Assembly (NCBI GenBank): GCA_037135035.1 | Contig: JBAXLB010000001.1 | Span: forward strand, 23,102 to 87,101 | Length of the DNA: 64,000 nt | Origin: Candidatus Adlerbacteria bacterium | GTDB taxonomy: Bacteria; Patescibacteriota; Minisyncoccia; Phycocordibacterales; SBAW01 | Direction: 5' to 3' | Shown: piece after piece, positions 38,653 to 47,841 of the stretch | Position numbering within the stretch: position 1 is the first letter of the stretch | Layout of the letters: each line of letters begins with the position of its first letter | The notes under the pieces: generated by a model | Databases searched by the model: none | Seen by the model: only the letters and a program-made list of their open reading frames with translations | What the model was told of the DNA's origin: nothing | Program-made: the position numbers and the translations under genes

Positions 38653-39379
38653 TATATATACCTATACGGTCTCGGTGCTCTCGCTACTTGCCTGTGTGCT
38701 TATTCCGCATACTACCCATGCGTATTCACAAGGAGACTACTATGCTGAGTCGGCATATTATTCGCAGCCGTACTACCAAGGAACGTACTATTCACAGTCA
38801 ACGTATTACTCACAAAGTACGTACTATTCACAGTCAACGTATCAGACAACCTTTACAAAAAATGCTACTGCATCGAAAACTGTTGCAGTAACAGGTTCTA
38901 TTTCCAAAGGCTCCGGCACCTTCGTCATTGACCATCCACTGGACCCTGCTAACAAACTTCTCTTCCACTCATTCGTCGAGTCACCTGATGTAAAAAATAT
39001 CTACGATGGTGTTGCTATGTTGGATGGCAAGGGAGAGGTAACAGTAAAGCTTCCGGCATACTTCGAAGTACTTAACAAAGACTATCGTTACTTAGTGCGG
39101 CCACTCGGGCAACCCATGCCTAACCTCTATATAAGCGGCGAAGTGCAAAATAACCAGTTCGGCATTAGCGGAGGCGCCCCGGGCGGGCGCGTCTCCTGGC
39201 AAGTTACCGGCATCCGCCACGACCCCTACATACTCGCCAACCCAATAGTTCCTGAAGTTGAAAAGACCGACACAACATTAGTAAAGAAAGGGGAGTATAT
39301 TTACTCCGCCGGATATACAAAAAATTCGCTTGGCACGCTTAGTTCATTTGCGGCATTTTTTGCGGGGCTGTTCCACTAG
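38642..39379 (+). CDS. Secreted protein, tandem paralog C, with N-terminal YSQSTY repeat region and C-terminal hydrophobic tail
   Basis: The same conserved block plus '(YYSQST)x4' low-complexity repeats. Its start overlaps the stop of B. Confidence 0.55.
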   Translation: MKNNIYTYTVSVLSLLACVLIPHTTHAYSQGDYYAESAYYSQPYYQGTYYSQSTYYSQSTYYSQSTYQTTFTKNATASKTVAVTGSISKGSGTFVIDHPLDPANKLLFHSFVESPDVKNIYDGVAMLDGKGEVTVKLPAYFEVLNKDYRYLVRPLGQPMPNLYISGEVQNNQFGISGGAPGGRVSWQVTGIRHDPYILANPIVPEVEKTDTTLVKKGEYIYSAGYTKNSLGTLSSFAAFFAGLFH

Positions 39380-39579
39380 CTACGGCGTACGCTATACTAT
39401 AGACATTAGACTATGATTAAGAAATTTCTTATAGGACTCGGGTTCCTTCTTCCTGTCCTGACATTTGGGTTTGTTTCGAATAAAGGCAAACAGGAACTAT
39501 TTTGCCCTGTTGTGCCTTCTCCAAACCAAGAGGCAGAAAAGCAAACACAAGGAAAATCTACAGACAAGGTCTACTACGT

Positions 39580-39975
39580 ATGGTGCGGCGGCGTGTACTA
39601 ACAGAAGGTCTGGTGTCTGGCCAGTCATGGGAAGCGCTTGGTCGGTTGCTTGATGATGTACGCCCAAAGGGTCTCGGGCTCCTGTTGCCCCCATTATTAC
39701 AGCTACATGGCCTCGCGTATGTAGAAGCGCGCGCGAGAGGTATTGTTGTGGCGAGTACGTTTCCTTCGCAGCTTGGTGCACTTACAGGTCTTGCACGAGA
39801 AATTTCTATAGAAGCATTTGTAACAACAGAGGCTCTCGCGCGGGAAGTTGTTCCTCATCTTGAAGGTCTTGGAATTCTCTCCTCTATTAAAGGTTGGCTT
39901 ATTGTCACTACGTCTGGCGAAGTTTCTCCGTACACGCCACCCAAAGGGGTGGTCGTGTTTGACCCACTACTATGA
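39580..39975 (+). CDS. Hypothetical protein, translationally coupled to the downstream ligase gene
   Basis: The ORF ends in ATGA, overlapping the start of the 39972 gene. No recognised domain. Confidence 0.3.
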   Translation: MVRRRVLTEGLVSGQSWEALGRLLDDVRPKGLGLLLPPLLQLHGLAYVEARARGIVVASTFPSQLGALTGLAREISIEAFVTTEALAREVVPHLEGLGILSSIKGWLIVTTSGEVSPYTPPKGVVVFDPLL

Positions 39976-41258
39976 CCCCACTTTCTCGTGCACTGCAATT
40001 TGCAATTTTAAATCCGTATTCGGATTTTTATCGCCGTAAGTATGGCAGTGAGTACAAAACATATATAGAAAAAGATCTTGCTGACATCCCCTTGCTGACA
40101 CGGGAGGAAATAGATGTAACTCCTTTTTTTGACCGCATTTTTATCCCAAAGGAAATGATACATTTTGTGCGGGCAACGTCCGGGTCATCGGGGCGGGGAG
40201 TTATTGCGTTCCCGCTTGCAGAAGAGCCAGAGCTAATGCGCTACCGGAAGTCGCTTGGCTTTAGCGGGGAAGAAGCACTTGCGGGCCGTTTTTTTGGACC
40301 CTATTTTAAAAAAGAAGATACGTATTCTATTCTCATATATTCGCCGTCAAATGCTGTGCACGAAACATATGTAGTAGAGGAGGGTGGGCACGTCGCAGTG
40401 TCGGGCGACTATCGCGACCAAGAAAAAACATTTGCGCTTGCCGAAGCTGCAGGAGTCGACTCGATGTATTCGTTTCCTTCACCTCTTGCAGGTGTCGGAC
40501 ACTATGTCGCAGGGGGGCCGCTTGCTGCGCGTATGCGCCTTATTGTTTTGATGGGTGAGCGCGTGACAGAGCCGCTGCGTAGAGAATTAGTTGAGACATT
40601 TCCACATGCAACTATTGCTGCCGTCTACGCTACCGTAGACGCCCATGGCACTGTTGCATATACCTGCCCGAGCCACCTGACCACTGCACCAAACTATATG
40701 CACGTATTCCCAACGTACCAGCTAGAACTTGTCGACCCAGAAACCGGCCATGTAGTTCCGCAGGTGGAGGGTGCTGAAGGCGAAGTGGTGATAACAGCAC
40801 TGACACCGATGGCGTTTTCTCTTGTGCGCTACCGCACGGGTGACTACGCCGTGGTGCGCCAGCACGGGATCTGTTCGTGTGGTAGTACAGATCCTGTGTT
40901 TGAAATACTCGGCCGTGTTGGCTTAGACAGGATAAAACTCCTGCCGTACGGAGGTATAAGTAGTGCCGCACTTGAAGAAGCAGTGCTAAGGCTCTCATAT
41001 AAAGTTACAGACTTTACTGCTGCGTGGGACGAGCGTATAAAACCACCAAGCCTCTCGGTAGTTCTATATACCGACACTGCCCCGGCTGATACCACTACAG
41101 AGCTGCTCGGCCCTGCTATCCAGGTAAGCTCTACGCGAACATATGCCGACCTTGTAGAGCTCGGTGTTGTTGCACCACTTGTATGTACTGTGGAGCCGGT
41201 AGAAGTATTGCGCACATTACCAACAGACAAACGCAAACGACTTCAAGTATCTAGATAG
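39972..41258 (+). CDS. Adenylate-forming enzyme of the phenylacetate-CoA ligase/coenzyme F390 synthetase (PaaK/CapK) family
   Basis: P-loop-like 'VRATSGSSGRGV' (cf. the TSGTTG motif) and 'YRTGDYAV' (cf. the YRTGD motif). Length ~430 aa as in CapK. Confidence 0.55.
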   Translation: MTPLSRALQFAILNPYSDFYRRKYGSEYKTYIEKDLADIPLLTREEIDVTPFFDRIFIPKEMIHFVRATSGSSGRGVIAFPLAEEPELMRYRKSLGFSGEEALAGRFFGPYFKKEDTYSILIYSPSNAVHETYVVEEGGHVAVSGDYRDQEKTFALAEAAGVDSMYSFPSPLAGVGHYVAGGPLAARMRLIVLMGERVTEPLRRELVETFPHATIAAVYATVDAHGTVAYTCPSHLTTAPNYMHVFPTYQLELVDPETGHVVPQVEGAEGEVVITALTPMAFSLVRYRTGDYAVVRQHGICSCGSTDPVFEILGRVGLDRIKLLPYGGISSAALEEAVLRLSYKVTDFTAAWDERIKPPSLSVVLYTDTAPADTTTELLGPAIQVSSTRTYADLVELGVVAPLVCTVEPVEVLRTLPTDKRKRLQVSR

Positions 41259-42860
41259 TTAGTGCATACGCGCACGAACATATTCTGCACGTTTTTGTTG
41301 TAGTTGTGTAAGTGGCGGGACAAGTACTCGTGCGCGCGCAGGAATGTCTCGTGTAAGTAATGTGCGGATATCGGAAAACGCAGGTTCAGTGTCGCGTATC
41401 TGCATATACGAAACATACGGTACTCCCTGTCCTTTTGATATCTGGTCGGCGGGCGTTGCTCTTTGTGTAGTTAAAGGTTCTGGTGTGGGAGAAATAGTTT
41501 TGTTGTTGAGCGCATAGAGCTGCGACAAGCCGCCACGGGAGATAAAGTACACAAGTGTTGGGCTTGACTGCAGGTTGTAGATAATAGAGCCGCCAATTTG
41601 GAGGTCGTCAAAATATCCAACCGTGCCAGCAAAATCAGCACTGTTTGTCTCGGCTTCTGTTACAAGTTCTATAAGCCGCAGAACTTCTGTTTGTCCGCCG
41701 AGCCTCTCTGTAAGTATGTTCTTAGATGTGCCGCGAACAGTTTCTGTCGCCGCCCTAATAAATGCATAGTATGCAGTGTCTGTAAGGAAAGGCGCTTCTG
41801 TAAAGTTTTTTTGTGCACTCACTAAAGTTTCGAAAAGGGGAGAGGTAGGTGCCGTAGGTGTAAATGGATTCTGTCTCAGCGTATCGTATGCACGTTGTAT
41901 AGTTACTGTTTTCCCAAAATCTATACCTGCGTCGGGGCACAAGTATGCGCGGAATGGTTGGTAGGTAAAAGAGTCGCCCTCTTTTCGAAGTGCTGCATAA
42001 AAAGGTTGTGTGCTGGTTCGTACATCTTCAAAATATAAGTCACTCAAATAGACCGCCTGTGTCGTCGGTAAGTTTGAAAGTCGCGACACTCCTCCAACAA
42101 CTGCAAAAAAAGCAGGTGAGTCGGTAAAGCAGGAAGACTGTGCAAGCGAAATAAGAGGTCGAGTACCAATAGATGGATAGGCAACTGTAAGTGCGTCACG
42201 GTTTTCTAGCACGCTGCTGAGAACGCTTTCGGTGGGGGGCAGATTTTGGCCGACATCGTGCGGTCCAAATTGCAGCTGTAATTTTGTCAGCGACTCGCAG
42301 GCTCCGGCTGTACCGTCAAAACATGCGAACCGAGCCTTTTCTTTTTCTTCTGCTCTTGTGTCTGTCAGGAGTGTGTCTGCGAGCACATTTCGTATATGAG
42401 TAGCTGTTGTTCGTCCGCTAAACAATTCATATTGCGAGCCCGACATGTCGCGGGCGAGCAGGGCGACAGCATCTTCTAGGTCTTTCTTGTGTGCCGCAAT
42501 AAGTGAGAGAAGTAGTGTGTGATACAACGTAGCATGTTCCAGCGTTGGCTCTGCAAGCATCTGCCTCCTAGCCTCTTCTGTTTGTGGGAGTAGATCTAAA
42601 AAACGAAATGGGTATATATGGTCTCGCACATAGGCACCTTCTGGAAAGGCAGGAAGTGCTACAGAGGCAGATATTTTAAATGCTGCTATTTGGGTTTTTA
42701 GGTCTGCTGTTTCAAACCCTGGAAATGCAAACAGTGGGTCAAGTGCATGGGCTTCTGCATATGCTGCGGGGTTTCCAACTGACATCTTCATCTCACGGAG
42801 GCGCGCCAGGCTGCCTATGCTGGCAAGCAGGACCAACATAATCAAGCATAGTCCTGCCAT
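41259..42860 (-). CDS. Large hypothetical secreted/membrane-anchored protein
   Basis: N-terminal TM 'MAGLCLIMLVLLASIGSLA', ~530 aa. No recognised domain. The ORF track extends to 42935. Confidence 0.4.
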   Translation of the reverse strand: MAGLCLIMLVLLASIGSLARLREMKMSVGNPAAYAEAHALDPLFAFPGFETADLKTQIAAFKISASVALPAFPEGAYVRDHIYPFRFLDLLPQTEEARRQMLAEPTLEHATLYHTLLLSLIAAHKKDLEDAVALLARDMSGSQYELFSGRTTATHIRNVLADTLLTDTRAEEKEKARFACFDGTAGACESLTKLQLQFGPHDVGQNLPPTESVLSSVLENRDALTVAYPSIGTRPLISLAQSSCFTDSPAFFAVVGGVSRLSNLPTTQAVYLSDLYFEDVRTSTQPFYAALRKEGDSFTYQPFRAYLCPDAGIDFGKTVTIQRAYDTLRQNPFTPTAPTSPLFETLVSAQKNFTEAPFLTDTAYYAFIRAATETVRGTSKNILTERLGGQTEVLRLIELVTEAETNSADFAGTVGYFDDLQIGGSIIYNLQSSPTLVYFISRGGLSQLYALNNKTISPTPEPLTTQRATPADQISKGQGVPYVSYMQIRDTEPAFSDIRTLLTRDIPARARVLVPPLTQLQQKRAEYVRARMH

Positions 42861-42898
42861 TTTGAGGTTTTGCATTGCCGTCAAGTATACTAAATAGT

Positions 42899-44053
42899 AT
42901 GCAGGTTTCCACGAAACTGCGGCGCATGTTGCCAAAACTCATCCCACTTTTTTTGCTGTGTACAATTGTTGGATACGCATACTATGTACGTATGGCGACT
43001 CCATATCCGGAAGTGACTGAGATAGCACATCATGAAAGTACTTTTAATGAATTAAATGCATATTTTAAAGATATTGCAGTAAAAAAGGGCGCGCTGTATG
43101 CGTTTGAAATATTACGTCGTGCGCCTTTACCACCCCAAACAGACATTCACTTGCTTGGGCACACAGTTGGGGACGAGCTGTATAAACAATATGGCAAAGA
43201 TGCAATTCAATACTGTACGAATGAATTTCGCAATGCTTGCTCACACACAGTTGTAGTTGGTCTGTTGCTCGACTATGGTGAAAAAGCTCTAGACGATATT
43301 TCAGAATCCTGCAAAAAAGCTCCGGGAGGTATAGGTGCGTACACGATGTGCTTCCATGGTCTTGGGCACGGTGTGCTTGCGTACGAAAATTACAACTTAG
43401 AAAAAACAATAACGCTCTGTAAAAAGGTGGGCACTAAAGCAGCGGGTTTTGAAGAATATCCACAGTGTGTTGGCGGTGCTATTATGGAATTAATTTCCGG
43501 TGGAGGCCACAGTCCTGAAGTGTGGAGTACGATGCGCCCACAGTATTTGACCACTGCCGACCCTCTCTCTCCTTGCGACAAGCCGTATATGCCAAAAGAA
43601 GTTCGCGCTTTTTGTTATATCTACATCACACCACATTTAATTGAGGCTGCAGGCGGTGACAAAAATCACCCTGACCCTGCGGTATTTCCGAAAGCCTTTT
43701 CACTGTGTCGTGCACTTCCAGTGGGCGACCACGACCGCGACGTGTGTATAGGGTCGTTCGGAAAAGAATTTATTTGGTGGGCACGGCAGAGCGATGCGCG
43801 CGATATTACTACACTGACCGACGAGGAGCTCGGACGTATGGCATTGTGGTGCTCACGTTCTGGTAATGCGCATGACACAACACTATGTCTTGAAAGTATA
43901 CAAGATTCTCTCTATTGGGGTGGAGAAAATGATCCAAAAATTTCCGTACATTTCTGCGCACTTCTTGGTGTACAAGACCCGGCAGCAGAACGCTCGTGCG
44001 CTTCGTATTTACAGGTCCTTACTGACAGATATACACCCCACACATCAAAATGA
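42899..44053 (+). CDS. Cys/His-rich extracytoplasmic protein, paralog 5
   Basis: Signal anchor. 'HLLGHTVGDELY', 'CTNEFRNACSHTV', 'CFHGLGHGV', 'CVGGAIMELI' and 'CDKPYMPKEVRAFCYIY'. Confidence 0.55.
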   Translation: MQVSTKLRRMLPKLIPLFLLCTIVGYAYYVRMATPYPEVTEIAHHESTFNELNAYFKDIAVKKGALYAFEILRRAPLPPQTDIHLLGHTVGDELYKQYGKDAIQYCTNEFRNACSHTVVVGLLLDYGEKALDDISESCKKAPGGIGAYTMCFHGLGHGVLAYENYNLEKTITLCKKVGTKAAGFEEYPQCVGGAIMELISGGGHSPEVWSTMRPQYLTTADPLSPCDKPYMPKEVRAFCYIYITPHLIEAAGGDKNHPDPAVFPKAFSLCRALPVGDHDRDVCIGSFGKEFIWWARQSDARDITTLTDEELGRMALWCSRSGNAHDTTLCLESIQDSLYWGGENDPKISVHFCALLGVQDPAAERSCASYLQVLTDRYTPHTSK

Positions 44054-45117
44054 AGTACCCGCTGGGCTACCATAGTGCTGCCCTACTCTGCATAGCACTG
44101 GTTCTTGGAAGTATTGTTGTTTCGCACATGCGCACAAGCTCCTTGAAGGTGCCTGTGTTTGCGTTGTATACCAATGAAGGCTTTAGAGAGGCAGGGGCAT
44201 TTTGGAAAGGAGAAATAGCGCGAGCAGGTGGCAAAAAAGCCTATACAGAATTTCTTCGGACGTACGCAAGTTCGACACCCGGAGACCAGCACACAATGGC
44301 GCATATTTTTGGAGGCAGTTTATATGCGCAGGAAGGAGTGGCGGGACTTTCTGCCTGTGACGACTCGTTTGCGTACGGTTGTTTCCACGAATTTTTAGGG
44401 CGCGCTATACAACAGGAAGGTCTTACTATTGTTGGGACGCTCAACGAGGCTTGCTTTAAAGCACTGGGTCCCGGGAAAGCACTTTCCTGTACTCACGGTC
44501 TTGGACATGGTATCGAGTCGTATCTTGGATACACAGACGACGCGTTGATACAAAGCCTTGATGTATGTAAGAAACTTGCAAACAGTGACCCTATTGGTGG
44601 CTGTCCAGGAGGAGTTTTTATGGAATTTAATATGCGCACTATGCATTCGTTTTCTGGCATGCCGCCACGGAGTGTTGAACCAGAAGGTCTACAGTATCCG
44701 TGCAGTATATTTACGGGCGGTGATGCGGAGGTTTGCTATTATTGGCAGCCGCAATGGTGGTATCAGACTTTTAAAAGTGAAGGAAAGAGCTCTAGGGACA
44801 TAGTTGCTCGTATAGGAGCATTATGTAGTGGCACAGCAATGAGTGTGCATACAAAATGTTTTCAAGGAGTAGGTACTATTGTTGCTATGGCTGCAGACTA
44901 TGACGTTGCAGAAACAATCAGGCTATGTACTCTTGCGTCTGCGCGCAACGATGAGCGAAGCCCCTGTAGAGTAACTGCCGCCGACTCTTTTTTTGCGGAG
45001 GTGTCCGCTCGCAGTCGCGCTCGAGGCTTGTGTGTAGGTCTCGTTGAGCCATGGTACACAATGTGTGGCAAGGCAGCTTCAGGTAGGTCAGAAGTACCTC
45101 CTGCGGGTCGCGACTAA
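44050..45117 (+). CDS. Cys/His-rich extracytoplasmic protein, paralog 6
   Basis: Signal anchor. 'CDDSFAYGCFHEFLG', 'CTHGLGHGI', 'CPGGVFMEFN' and 'CSIFTGGDAEVCYYW'. Start/stop overlap with paralog 5 (ATGA). Confidence 0.55.
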   Translation: MKYPLGYHSAALLCIALVLGSIVVSHMRTSSLKVPVFALYTNEGFREAGAFWKGEIARAGGKKAYTEFLRTYASSTPGDQHTMAHIFGGSLYAQEGVAGLSACDDSFAYGCFHEFLGRAIQQEGLTIVGTLNEACFKALGPGKALSCTHGLGHGIESYLGYTDDALIQSLDVCKKLANSDPIGGCPGGVFMEFNMRTMHSFSGMPPRSVEPEGLQYPCSIFTGGDAEVCYYWQPQWWYQTFKSEGKSSRDIVARIGALCSGTAMSVHTKCFQGVGTIVAMAADYDVAETIRLCTLASARNDERSPCRVTAADSFFAEVSARSRARGLCVGLVEPWYTMCGKAASGRSEVPPAGRD

Positions 45118-45122
45118 ATACT

Positions 45123-46346
45123 ATGAATACGCAGAGAAAAAATAATAGGTGGGCGCATGTTGCAGCGACAGTCTTGGTAGGTTTGTTGGCGTTGTTTCTT
45201 GTTGTTTCTGCAAACGCTGGGCTGTCCCGGTCACTAGCTCGCACGACAGCCACATTTTTTGTTTGGTATTGTGCACAGAAGCCAGACAGTGCCGGATGCT
45301 ACGAACGCACCGTGCCGCGTCTTTTATATGTAGTCCCTGTTACAGATGTGTTTTCGGTCATACGTGAAATTCAAACGCAAGATACCTCGTATCGTTTTTG
45401 CCACGTGCTTGCGCACAACATAGGACAAGACGAAGTTGCTAGGGACACGGGTGCATGGGTGAGCTTGATGCATAAAAACCCACCGGACAGTGTGTGTTCT
45501 AACGGGTATATCCACGGCATTATTGTTGGTAGGTTCCATGCGGCGGAGCTACCTCCCGAACAAATTGATGCAATTGAGCCTGACCTGGCCCGGGCATGCG
45601 AACCTGCTGCCGATTGGAGCCCGACAAACCTCGACAAAGCAATGTGTTACCACGGCATGGGGCACGTGCTCACGTTTATAACGGGTGCCGACATGCCTCG
45701 AGCAGTTTCGTACTGTAAAAAAATAGCCATAAAAACTAATGGCGAAGACTATAGTCAAACGTGTATCTCTGGCGTGTTTATGCAAATTTTCCAACCGCTT
45801 GAACCAGAAGACTACGAACTTATCGAGAGACTTCCGGCCAAACCCACGCGCGACACACTTGCGCAATTTTGCGGTGCGTACAAAACAGAAGAAGAGCGCA
45901 GTTTATGTTTTGGTGAAGGATGGCCACTGTTCCGTGACGACTTAAAAACTGCTGCGGGTGTACAAGCATTTTGTACAACAGTAAAAGACTCCGCAACACA
46001 AACAAATTGCTACCGCACCGCACTTACTATTGGTGCGCGGACGTCGCTTGGGCAGCCAGAAAAACAAATGGCAGTTTGCAGTGCTTTGCCAGGAGCACTT
46101 GGGCAGGAATGTTTTGGCATCCTTGCCGAGGCATTTGTCGAAGAAGACAGAACACAAGGCCCGGCCGCTGCAGCTATCTGTACACATGCAGGGGAGCAGT
46201 ACTCGGAGAGTTGTTTTGGATATCTGGCAAACCTTGCAAACTTTACATTTGGAAGTGATACAGTGAACAGAGAGAAGCTCTGCGCCGTCTTGCCCGAGAG
46301 CATGCGGCAACAGTGCGCAAAGAACAATTCGTCTACCACGTTATGA
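45123..46346 (+). CDS. Cys/His-rich extracytoplasmic protein, paralog 7
   Basis: Signal anchor. 'RFCHVLAHNIG', 'CSNGYIHGI', 'CYHGMGHVL', 'CISGVFMQIF' and 'CTTVKDSATQTNCYRT'. Confidence 0.55.
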   Translation: MNTQRKNNRWAHVAATVLVGLLALFLVVSANAGLSRSLARTTATFFVWYCAQKPDSAGCYERTVPRLLYVVPVTDVFSVIREIQTQDTSYRFCHVLAHNIGQDEVARDTGAWVSLMHKNPPDSVCSNGYIHGIIVGRFHAAELPPEQIDAIEPDLARACEPAADWSPTNLDKAMCYHGMGHVLTFITGADMPRAVSYCKKIAIKTNGEDYSQTCISGVFMQIFQPLEPEDYELIERLPAKPTRDTLAQFCGAYKTEEERSLCFGEGWPLFRDDLKTAAGVQAFCTTVKDSATQTNCYRTALTIGARTSLGQPEKQMAVCSALPGALGQECFGILAEAFVEEDRTQGPAAAAICTHAGEQYSESCFGYLANLANFTFGSDTVNREKLCAVLPESMRQQCAKNNSSTTL

Positions 46347-46864
46347 AAAAGTTTTTACTTCTAAGTATTACGCTGCTATTGGTACCTTTGGGTGTGTTTG
46401 CTCATACAACCGGCAAAAGTGTAGAGCAAACCGTAGGAAAGTACTTACTAGACGTGGGCTATAACCCGGACCCAGTTGTTGCGGGGGACTCTACCTATTT
46501 TGATTTTAAAATATATCAAAACGGCCCTACACCGGGTGACGCACCGTACCGCAATGTATGGGTACGTATCTACCAAGACAATGTCACGTTGTTTGCAGCC
46601 GGCATTGCGCATATGGAGACTGGCCCAACAGGGCTTGTGTATACGTTTGCAGCGCCCGGCGTGTACAGCGTTTCGGTGCGATACGAAACAGCTGACGATA
46701 CGCTAGGCGAGGCAACATTTCAAATACCTGTTGCTGCTGGAGAAACGACAGCATATCTATGGCTCTGGTATATAGCTTCGGGTGCAGTTGGTTTTTGTAT
46801 GGGGGCCTCAGCTTTGTATGTGTATGCGAGGAAAAAGAAGCGCTGGGAGCGTGGTATTCTGTAA
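46343..46864 (+). CDS. Hypothetical secreted protein with C-terminal TM anchor
   Basis: Signal peptide 'MKKFLLLSITLLLVPLGVFA' and a C-terminal 'YLWLWYIASGAVGFCMGASALYVYA' TM helix followed by 'RKKKR'. Confidence 0.45.
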   Translation: MKKFLLLSITLLLVPLGVFAHTTGKSVEQTVGKYLLDVGYNPDPVVAGDSTYFDFKIYQNGPTPGDAPYRNVWVRIYQDNVTLFAAGIAHMETGPTGLVYTFAAPGVYSVSVRYETADDTLGEATFQIPVAAGETTAYLWLWYIASGAVGFCMGASALYVYARKKKRWERGIL

Positions 46865-46867
46865 GAT

Positions 46868-47818
46868 ATGTCGTGGTGGAAATTTGTAAAATACAATAAC
46901 GCGGTACCTATCATTATCTCTCTATTGGTGCTTTCTGCAGGTTCAGCATTTGCTGCAAGTCCTGCAATTCGTTCCGACGTTGCTGCAGGGGTGTTGTCGT
47001 CGGAAACTAAAGTTCTGTCAGTCGACAATACCTACTTAGCACATAAAGATCTTTCCTCGTATACTCCTCGCGTAACCATTTTGGCAGTAAGTGAAGATGA
47101 TGATTTTTATTATGTCGGCTACTCCCTGTCTACTATCGACGTTAAAGACTCTGTGTGGCAAGACACCACAAAAAATGAAACGTTGAAAGTTCAAAAAACG
47201 GTATTGGAAGGAAAAGACTTAGGGATATATGTCACCCACGAACTAGTACAGCGCATTGCGCACGAGGTAGATATTTTGCGCGAAACACAGCAAATAGAAA
47301 AAGCGCAAGTTTCTCAAAAAGTTGTTGCAACAAGCTACGGAGGTCTGGTGGGCAAATTCCTCGATGACACGACGGAGACATTGCCGGGGTACGTGCCTGT
47401 TGTCGATGAAACTGTTTCCGCAGCACCCACTAGCTCGGGCAGCACTTCGTCTGGAGACTCGCCAAGCACAGCCCCTGCGCCTCAAACCGGGGGAGGAGGA
47501 GCGCCGACACTGCAAATACTCGGCAACAATCCAGCACAGCTTAGCGTTGGTGACTCATATATAGACCTGGGCGCCGTTGCAACAGACAATGTTGGACACG
47601 AACTTGGCTACACGCTCTACCTCGACGGCACCAAAGTGTACGAAATTCAAATTAACACCAAAGCATACGGCGTACATACTATAAAATACGTTACTGTAGA
47701 CAGTGCAGGAAACACGACAGAGGCAACTCGTACAGTTGTTGTAGGTACACCTCCACCCGTTGTGCCGGATGCGTCTTCGCCCCCTGCCACCGCAAGCTCT
47801 TCTGAAAGTAGCCTGTAG
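46868..47818 (+). CDS. Secreted protein with C-terminal bacterial Ig-like (DUF5011-type) domain
   Basis: Signal peptide. 'PTLQILGNNPAQLSVGDSYIDLGAVATDNVGHELGYT...VTVDSAGNTTEATRTVVV' fits the DUF5011 Ig-like consensus. Confidence 0.5.
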   Translation: MSWWKFVKYNNAVPIIISLLVLSAGSAFAASPAIRSDVAAGVLSSETKVLSVDNTYLAHKDLSSYTPRVTILAVSEDDDFYYVGYSLSTIDVKDSVWQDTTKNETLKVQKTVLEGKDLGIYVTHELVQRIAHEVDILRETQQIEKAQVSQKVVATSYGGLVGKFLDDTTETLPGYVPVVDETVSAAPTSSGSTSSGDSPSTAPAPQTGGGGAPTLQILGNNPAQLSVGDSYIDLGAVATDNVGHELGYTLYLDGTKVYEIQINTKAYGVHTIKYVTVDSAGNTTEATRTVVVGTPPPVVPDASSPPATASSSESSL

Positions 47819-47841
47819 TCCGAGTCTGGTATACTCGTAGT

